Source: Deltaproteobacteria bacterium (GTDB lineage: Bacteria > Desulfobacterota > Binatia > UBA1149 > JAJCZL01). Taken from it: DNA of 64,000 nucleotides. The translations under genes were made by a program, and so were the position numbers. This document shows, piece by piece, positions 58,044-64,000 of the stretch; positions within the stretch are counted from its first letter, which is position 1; every line of letters begins with the position of its first letter. The stretch is taken from assembly GCA_029262415.1 (NCBI GenBank), contig JAJCZL010000068.1:2372-66371 (forward strand), read 5' to 3'. Under the pieces are notes generated by a model that was not told the origin of the DNA, made no database searches, and saw only the letters and a program-made list of their open reading frames with translations.

Positions 58044-59099
58044 GTGAGATCTCTCGCCCCAGATTTCCTTGAGAAGCTTAGATTCTCGGTGGAGCAAACA
58101 TCGTCGCTGACCGCGCTCGGGCAGGCCTTCGCTCAGCAGCAGCTCTTCGAGAAACAGAGCCCCGAGGCACTTAAGACGCTTCGCACCTCGGCGATCGTCG
58201 AATCGACTGAATCCTCAAACCGTATCGAAGGTGTGGTTGCACCCAAGCAACGATTCGCGGCGATCGTTGCCGGTAAGTCGGAGCCCCGCAACCGCTCCGA
58301 GCAAGAGATCCTTGGTTACCGTGGGGTTCTTGAAATGGTGCATTCGAACGCATCGGAAATCCCGATCACGGCGAACTCGATCCGGCAGCTACACAAAGAG
58401 GTTTACAGGTATCACCCGAATGACGGCGGGAACTGGAAACCAGTAGACAATGAAATCGTCGAAAAGAATACGGCCGGTGAGATCGTGCGCGTTCGCTTCA
58501 AACCGGTCGCAGCTGTGGCGACGCCGCAGGCGATGGCCGACATCGAGCGACTGTACCGCCAGGCCACGACCGACGGTTGCGAGCCGCTCGTGGTGGCACC
58601 GCTTCTGATTCTGGACTTCTTGTGCGTCCATCCTTTTGCTGACGGAAACGGCCGAGTCAGCCGCCTATTGACGCTGCTGGCTCTGTACCACGCCGGCTTC
58701 AGTGTTGGTCGCTACATAAGTCTGGAACGTCTGATTGAAAACACGCAGTCGGACTATTACCGCGTGCTCGAAGCGAGTTCTCAGCGGTGGCACGACGGCA
58801 AGCACGACCCCCACCCTTGGCTCGAGTATTTCTGGGCGATTCTCCTAGCTGCCTACCAGGAGTTCGCCGAGCGCGTCGGCAAAGAATCGAGCGGTCGTGG
58901 TAACAAGACGATGCGTATCCGGGCGGCGATTGAACGCCGAGTCGGCGCGTTCCGCATGAGCGATCTCGAGCGTGACTGTCCCGGGGTGAGCCGAGAGATG
59001 ATCCGGGTTGTTCTGAACGAACTGCGTGACCACGGGCGCGCGGAAGTCACAGGCCGTGGTCGCGGCGCCGAGTGGCACAAGCTGGAGCCGAAGGATTGA
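58044..59099 (+). CDS. Fic-family protein (AMPylase-type)
   Basis: Canonical Fic motif HPFADGNGRVSR; AT-rich promoter region with 8-bp IR upstream. Confidence 0.8.
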   Translation: MRSLAPDFLEKLRFSVEQTSSLTALGQAFAQQQLFEKQSPEALKTLRTSAIVESTESSNRIEGVVAPKQRFAAIVAGKSEPRNRSEQEILGYRGVLEMVHSNASEIPITANSIRQLHKEVYRYHPNDGGNWKPVDNEIVEKNTAGEIVRVRFKPVAAVATPQAMADIERLYRQATTDGCEPLVVAPLLILDFLCVHPFADGNGRVSRLLTLLALYHAGFSVGRYISLERLIENTQSDYYRVLEASSQRWHDGKHDPHPWLEYFWAILLAAYQEFAERVGKESSGRGNKTMRIRAAIERRVGAFRMSDLERDCPGVSREMIRVVLNELRDHGRAEVTGRGRGAEWHKLEPKD

Positions 59100-59437
59100 T
59101 CGCTGCCGAGATCACTCGTACCTGAGAAACGCCTCGTACCTCTCCTCAAGAAACTCAGCCTTGGGCCGCAACTCCGCACTCCGCGGCACGTGGATCGGCT
59201 GATCATGCACTCCCCTTGTCCCTTCTCTGGCGGCGCGGTAGTGCGGATCGACAACGGAATCTCTGCGAGCACCGCCGGTTTGAAGATGCCTTGTTGCGAG
59301 ACTAGCGGCACCCGCCGGCCTTCGAGTTGGAAGCCCTCGCTTAGAACCTTCCAAGGAAGTACGTCTCGGCGTAGGCCTATCCACTCCGTGTAATATTCTG
59401 CTTGCATTTGATTGCACTGCTTCGTACTCTCTTCATC

Positions 59438-59638
59438 ATGGCGTCGGTGACCTATCGAATTGACGACGATCTGAAGGCGGCACTGGAAGAGTTCTGCGAC
59501 AAGCACGGCCTTAAGCACCAGGCTGTGGTCGCCGAGGCACTGGCCTCATGGCTTGAGGACGCCGAAGAGATTGCCGCGATCGAGGATCGTCGCGAGGGCC
59601 CGTGGGTCGAGTGGTCCGATGTCCGCACCAAAGTATAG
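59438..59638 (+). CDS. RHH antitoxin (RelB/DinJ/ParD-like)
   Basis: MASVTYRIDDDLKAALEEFCDKHGLKHQAVVAEAL is typical of an RHH antitoxin; overlaps downstream toxin. Confidence 0.55.
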   Translation: MASVTYRIDDDLKAALEEFCDKHGLKHQAVVAEALASWLEDAEEIAAIEDRREGPWVEWSDVRTKV

Positions 59639-59903
59639 GCTCGTCGTTCATCGTGCGGCGGTCGGCGAAATCGAGTCGCTGTCGAAGAAGATCAAACCAA
59701 AGGTCATTGCAGCGATCGACGCGCTTGCCGAAGACCCGCGTCCGCCCGGCGCCGCCGCGTTGCGCGGACGCAAAAGCGCGTTTCGGCTTCGCGTAGGTGA
59801 ATACCGCGTTCTCTACGAGATACACGCCACCGAGATCGTGGTTTACGTTGTCGCCGTAGGACACAGACGCGATGTGTATGTGCGCACGGTGCGGCGGCGG
59901 TGA
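59619..59903 (+). CDS. RelE/ParE-family toxin
   Basis: RLRVGEYRVLYEIHATEIVVYVVAVGHRRDVY C-terminal signature. Confidence 0.65.
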   Translation: MSAPKYRLVVHRAAVGEIESLSKKIKPKVIAAIDALAEDPRPPGAAALRGRKSAFRLRVGEYRVLYEIHATEIVVYVVAVGHRRDVYVRTVRRR

Positions 59904-60019
59904 CATGACCGCACCCGGGTCGATGCTGCTTCGGCCCCCCAAAAAAAGACCGCTCGAATGCCCTGGTCAGGAAATAGAGATTGAGAGGCGATAGTAATAG
60001 CTAGATTCTAGCCAGAAAT

Positions 60020-60292
60020 ATGATGACCGCAGCGATTACCGACCTGAAGAACCGTTTGAGCTACTATCTGCGCCGCGTTGCACGCGGGGAGAGCATCACC
60101 GTGCGTGGCAACCCCGTCGCTCGGATCACGCCGGTCGGTTCGCACGGCGCGGAACTGGAAGGGCTGGCGGCAGCGGGGCTGGCGAGGCTTCCGGTCGAGC
60201 CCCTTCCCAAGGGTTTCTGGACTCGCTCGCTTCCAAAGCTAAACAAATCGCTGCGCGCATACCTTGCTGAGGACCGCGAGGATCGGTTCTGA
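60020..60292 (+). CDS. Phd/YefM-family antitoxin (no cognate toxin adjacent)
   Basis: ITDLKNRLSYYLRRVARGESITVRGNPVARI is typical of Phd/YefM. Confidence 0.6.
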   Translation: MMTAAITDLKNRLSYYLRRVARGESITVRGNPVARITPVGSHGAELEGLAAAGLARLPVEPLPKGFWTRSLPKLNKSLRAYLAEDREDRF

Positions 60293-60398
60293 TCCGATTT
60301 TCTGCCCCGCGTAGGAGTCACGCCAACAGGTTCCCGTAGCGTACTGTTCCCGTATCGTGCGTTGATCTACACGCGTCCGGTTGCTAGGTTTTGCCGCC

Positions 60399-61064
60399 AT
60401 GGCTGCGTCCAAACGCAAGACTCAGCGCCCGTCGCGCGCATTGAAGTCGGTAGCCAAGAAAGACCCCGAACCGTTGTTGCAACTCCTCATTGTGTTGACC
60501 GGCTGCGACGCGCCGGTGTGGCGGCGCATTCTCGTTCCTGCGCGCTATAACTTCTGGGAACTCCACGTCGCGATCCAAGACGTTATGGGCTGGCTTGACT
60601 ATCATCTACACGAGTTCGTCGTGACTGACCCCGAGACGATGGGTGCCCTACGAATTGGGCTTCCCGACGATGAATTCTTAGATGCACCTCTTACCTTGCC
60701 GGGTTGGAAGATACCGATCGAAGGCTACTTTGGTACAGGGCAGAGCCTACCGTCACGATACACCTATGACTTCGGTGACAATTGGGAACACGTTGTGCAC
60801 CACGAGGATTTCCAAGTGGCCGAACCGGGCATCACCTACCCGGTGTGTTTGGCCGGCGAGAACGCGTGTCCGCCCGAAGACGTTGGGGGCACACACGGGT
60901 ATCGCGAGTTCCTAAAAGTGATCGCCGACCCGAGAGACCCCGAACACGAGCACTTTCGGCGATGGGCCGGTGGAGACTTTGATCCGCGCAGGTTTGACCC
61001 TGCGGCGGTGCGTTTTGACGACCCGGCCAAGCGCTTTAGGCTGGCGTTCGGCCGCGCGGGGTGA
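60399..61064 (+). CDS. plasmid pRiA4b ORF-3-like family protein
   Basis: VWRRILVP...LHVAIQDVMGWLDYHLHEF...DFGDNWEH signature of the PRiA4_ORF3 family. Confidence 0.55.
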   Translation: MAASKRKTQRPSRALKSVAKKDPEPLLQLLIVLTGCDAPVWRRILVPARYNFWELHVAIQDVMGWLDYHLHEFVVTDPETMGALRIGLPDDEFLDAPLTLPGWKIPIEGYFGTGQSLPSRYTYDFGDNWEHVVHHEDFQVAEPGITYPVCLAGENACPPEDVGGTHGYREFLKVIADPRDPEHEHFRRWAGGDFDPRRFDPAAVRFDDPAKRFRLAFGRAG

Positions 61065-61818
61065 TCGGCCGCGCCGCGCGTCTTCTGCTTCCACGCAGCG
61101 CACGCACGAGCGCACCGAGTCGCGGTGTCGGCTGTTGACGGGCCGCCTTGTCGAGCGCGGTGATCAGATTGCGTCTGAGTTCTTCGACTACGCCGAGAAC
61201 TTGTTCGGCCGTTTGCGCGGGTGAAAACCCGCACGCAGACACCTTCAACTCAGTGCTGATGACCGACACGAGAGTTGCCTCGGCGTTCATGCCCGCATCG
61301 ATCTCGTAACCGAGCGCGATGAGGTCGCCGAGGCCGAGTTCGGGGAAGCGTGAAAACAGCCAGTCGAGGTCATAGAGGTCTTTTTCCGAGCATTGGCTGA
61401 CCAACGTTGCCGCTTTCATCTTCAGCAATGTCTCGAGATCGGCAACGCTGACGCGATCGTTCGCCTCGATCGCGGTGCCGACGACGAACACTTGCGGGTC
61501 CAAGACGACTTGAGTTGCGAAAGAGTGACCGTCCAATCGAAAGTCGCCCGCATAGAGTTGCCGACTGCTCTGCGGTTCGGAGGCTTGCGCGCCGATCCGG
61601 GCGAGCGAGCGAACCGCCAGCACGGTTGCTCGAAACGCAGTGTCGTCACGGGCGAATAGGTCAAGGTCGTCCGACCTGCGGTGACCTGCGTAGTATCCGG
61701 CCAACGCGGTTCCCCCCACGAGCATGCAGCCGGACACGTCTTGGGCGAATACGTGCGTCAAGGCACGGTACAGAGGTGCGGGAAGGACCTTTTGCGCTAG
61801 TTCGCTACTTGGTTGCAT
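61036..61818 (-). CDS. AbiEii/AbiGii-like nucleotidyltransferase toxin family protein
   Basis: GGTALAGYYAGHRRSDDLDLF NTase motif; start refined to MQPSSE at 61818, overlapping the upstream XRE gene by 22 nt. Confidence 0.6.
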   Translation of the reverse strand: MQPSSELAQKVLPAPLYRALTHVFAQDVSGCMLVGGTALAGYYAGHRRSDDLDLFARDDTAFRATVLAVRSLARIGAQASEPQSSRQLYAGDFRLDGHSFATQVVLDPQVFVVGTAIEANDRVSVADLETLLKMKAATLVSQCSEKDLYDLDWLFSRFPELGLGDLIALGYEIDAGMNAEATLVSVISTELKVSACGFSPAQTAEQVLGVVEELRRNLITALDKAARQQPTPRLGALVRALRGSRRRAARPITPRGRTPA

Positions 61819-62267
61819 TTCCACTGGACCAACGTCTGCAAATCTCCACGCCGCTTTGGAGCAGTGAAGCGGGAGTACTCGCCGAAGCGTTTCCACACCG
61901 AGGGCCCGAGTATTTTTGCGGCGGCGTACACCCCGTAAACCTCGACGAGTCGCCCAACCGCGCGCGGCTCCCAGCCGATCAGCGCGACCGCGAACTCGGT
62001 CAGGCCTTCGTAGAGGCGATCCCAGAGCAGGTGGGCCCTCAGCGCATCTTCGTTCTCGCCGAGGCACGGCAGCGGTTGCATCAGAGAGTCGAGCGAGACG
62101 TCGAGCGCGCGCCCGATCCCGGCCAGGTGAGAGCCGCGCACGCCGGCGGCTCCTTCGTGTCGAAACCATTTTGAGACCGCCTGGCGACTTAGACCGACGG
62201 CTCTGGCAAGGTCGCTCTGAGACCAACCCCGGGCTAGGAGATAGGCCTTAAGTGTCTGAAGTTCCAC
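61797..62267 (-). CDS. XRE-family HTH regulator with C-terminal extension
   Basis: LLARGWSQSDLARAVGLSRQAVSKW helix-turn-helix. Confidence 0.55.
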   Translation of the reverse strand: MELQTLKAYLLARGWSQSDLARAVGLSRQAVSKWFRHEGAAGVRGSHLAGIGRALDVSLDSLMQPLPCLGENEDALRAHLLWDRLYEGLTEFAVALIGWEPRAVGRLVEVYGVYAAAKILGPSVWKRFGEYSRFTAPKRRGDLQTLVQWKCNQVAN

Positions 62268-62295
62268 GCTAATAGGATAGGCGTGTGCCCGGCTG

Positions 62296-62315
62296 TTGTC
62301 AATCTAAGTTGACAA
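62296..62315. promoter_or_regulatory. inverted repeat TTGTCAA-N6-TTGACAA in a divergent AT-rich promoter region
   Basis: Perfect 7-bp arms; between the XRE gene (minus) and mobile mystery protein A gene (plus). Confidence 0.35.
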
Positions 62316-62465
62316 TTACGTCAGTATTTGTACGCTGCTGTAACAACCCTAGTAACAGAATTCACTCACCTGCTCGATCTTGTAGCAGCCTACCGCCTGC
62401 CATAGAATGACAAAATATTAGGTTATAGCCTGGTATTATATAATGCTTTATCAGGGTATGGCCTT

Positions 62466-62927
62466 ATGACTAATCAGAAGAAAACCGTGGCACGAAAGCG
62501 TTTGGACGAACGGTTAGCTCCACTCAAGCCCGCTTCGCGCTTCCTGGCGCCGCCTAAGGGCTGGGTGCGGGCGATCCGCGACGCGCTTGGGATGTCGGCT
62601 GCGCAACTCGCCAAGCGCGTGGGCGTCCGGCCGCAAAGCGTGTCCGATATCGAGAGGTCCGAAGCCAACGGCACCGTTCAGCTAAACACCCTGCGCAGGT
62701 TTGCCGAAGCGCTCGACTGCACGGTGGTCTACGCGCTGGTGCCCAACTCATCGCTCGAGGGTTTGGTGCAAGACCGCGCACGCGAGATTGCCCGCAAGCT
62801 CCTCGCGCGCAGCGATCACAGCATGGATCTGGAAGCGCAGGGATTGTCACCGCAAGAGCGTGAAGCGCAGATCGACGCCTACGTGCGCGAGCATCTCAGG
62901 GTGCGCGATCTCTGGGAGAACTCGTGA
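62466..62927 (+). CDS. mobile mystery protein A (XRE-type HTH)
   Basis: HTH SAAQLAKRVGVRPQSVSDIE; gene pair with the downstream Fic-like gene, overlap ATGA-style. Confidence 0.6.
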   Translation: MTNQKKTVARKRLDERLAPLKPASRFLAPPKGWVRAIRDALGMSAAQLAKRVGVRPQSVSDIERSEANGTVQLNTLRRFAEALDCTVVYALVPNSSLEGLVQDRAREIARKLLARSDHSMDLEAQGLSPQEREAQIDAYVREHLRVRDLWENS

Positions 62928-63511
62928 GCGATCCACTCGACGGGCTTGCAGGCGGCACGCCGCTGGAGCCCGCGGAACGCGAGGGTCTGTTGCAGACGTG
63001 GATTACCTTTCGCGGCGAACTGAACGAGGCTGAGCAAACCAACATATCTGCCGGCCTCGCCTGGGTTCATCGCCAAGCGCGCAAAGACATCCTTAATGAA
63101 GGATTCATGAGAAACCTTCACAGGCGCCTCTTTGGCGATGTTTGGGCGTGGGCCGGCGAGTTTCGCAGCACGCCGCGCGATCTCGGCGTCGAACCCGCGC
63201 TGATTCGCTCAGAGATAAGGCTGACTTTCGACGATACGCGCTACTGGATCGAGAAGCAGACTTATCAACCCGACGAGATCGCCGTGCGCTTGCACCACCG
63301 CCTGGTGTTGATCCATCCGTTTGCGAACGGCAACGGTCGCACGACCCGACTTATTGCCGACCTGCTCGCAGAACGCCTGGGGCGTGAGCCTTTCACCTGG
63401 GGGCCACAGGGTCTCGACGATATCGGCGAGACCCGTGCGCGATATATCGCCGCGCTCAAAGCGGCCGACGATCATGATATCGAGCCGCTGCTCGAGTTCG
63501 CGCGGTCTTAG
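62924..63511 (+). CDS. mobile mystery protein B (Fic-domain)
   Basis: Fic motif HPFANGNGRTTR; 195 aa. Confidence 0.65.
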   Translation: MSDPLDGLAGGTPLEPAEREGLLQTWITFRGELNEAEQTNISAGLAWVHRQARKDILNEGFMRNLHRRLFGDVWAWAGEFRSTPRDLGVEPALIRSEIRLTFDDTRYWIEKQTYQPDEIAVRLHHRLVLIHPFANGNGRTTRLIADLLAERLGREPFTWGPQGLDDIGETRARYIAALKAADDHDIEPLLEFARS

Positions 63512-63550
63512 CCTTCTGCGCTCCGCGACCGCTTCACGAGGGCCGCGCTC

Positions 63551-64000
63551 TTAGCGCCCGAATGCAGCCACGCCGAACAACCACTTGTGCCCAAAAAGAA
63601 ACGCGAGATAGATCACCACGGCCGCAAGCGGGCGTACCACGCCGATCTCGCCGAGCTTGAGCGAGTTGCGTCCCGAGACAATCGCTGCGAACGGAACGAT
63701 CGATGTCTTCTGCGCAAACGGTTGCCAACGCGGCCCGAGCGCGCGGGCGCGCTTGGCATCGATTGAAGGCGGCCCAGCCACGCCGAGTACCGCAAAGGTG
63801 CCAAAGAAGATCAGCGACGCGACGTCGCCGTTCACGGCAATGTGAGTCAGCGCCCACAGCAGCGCGCCAAACAAGAACGGGTGGCGGGTGACGCGCACAA
63901 TTCCCTTGGCGATGTCGGGGTCGTCGACCAGCCCGGCCTGTCCGGCCGAGGTCGGGTTCTTAGCGGTCAGCCCTAAAACCGCCAGAACGAACGCAACGAG
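63551..64000 (-). CDS. NnrU/ICMT-like polytopic membrane protein (partial; N-terminus beyond window end)
   Basis: VRVTRHPFLFGALLWALTHI motif; reading frame stays open to position 64000. Confidence 0.35.
   Translation of the reverse strand, partial: LVAFVLAVLGLTAKNPTSAGQAGLVDDPDIAKGIVRVTRHPFLFGALLWALTHIAVNGDVASLIFFGTFAVLGVAGPPSIDAKRARALGPRWQPFAQKTSIVPFAAIVSGRNSLKLGEIGVVRPLAAVVIYLAFLFGHKWLFGVAAFGR

Noticed and set aside
1-64000. CRISPR arrays, rRNA genes, integrase/transposase/recombinase genes
   Set aside because: I scanned for regularly spaced repeats and for recombinase-like ORFs in the track and found none. The defense/TA island therefore cannot be called an integrative element from this window alone.

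Overview
High-GC (about 67%) bacterial chromosomal segment. Myxococcus-type Cys-rich repeats, MopE-like Cx2Dx2DxDC motifs, dockerin-like tails and Thr-rich linkers suggest a Myxococcota-like organism; that is an inference. Roughly 1-47 kb is mostly core genome: DsbA-like oxidoreductase, a 1.8k-aa DUF11/dockerin surface protein, ilvA, an mlaF-E-D-A-C operon, a TonB-dependent receptor and exbB-exbD-tonB (both preceded by Fur-box-like sites), rnhA with a C-terminal hybrid-binding domain, tRNA-Pro, rpe, and def-fmt-rsmB. The same stretch also carries accessory elements: an HNH-endonuclease gene embedded in an 18-bp palindrome family, a secreted Cys-rich protein cluster, a decayed P450, a dockerin-tailed tandem-repeat protein coupled to an MMPL-type exporter with a fused LolA-like tail, and two toxin-antitoxin loci. 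Roughly 47.3-63.5 kb is an accessory defense/TA island with no integrase visible. It holds a PUA-like-HNH endonuclease, then a tightly packed co-directional trio (MazG-like NTP pyrophosphatase; DUF2075 PD-(D/E)xK + SF1-helicase protein; HIT-PLD nuclease-SF2 helicase-DUF3427 giant protein) that I regard as the most likely novel system here. Downstream are uncharacterized genes, VapBC, Fic, RelBE-like, an orphan Phd next to a pRiA4_ORF3-like gene, XRE + AbiEii-like NTase, and mobile mystery proteins A/B. All domain calls come from motif recognition by eye; no database or HMM searches were run. Hand-refined start coordinates may be off by 1-3 nt.
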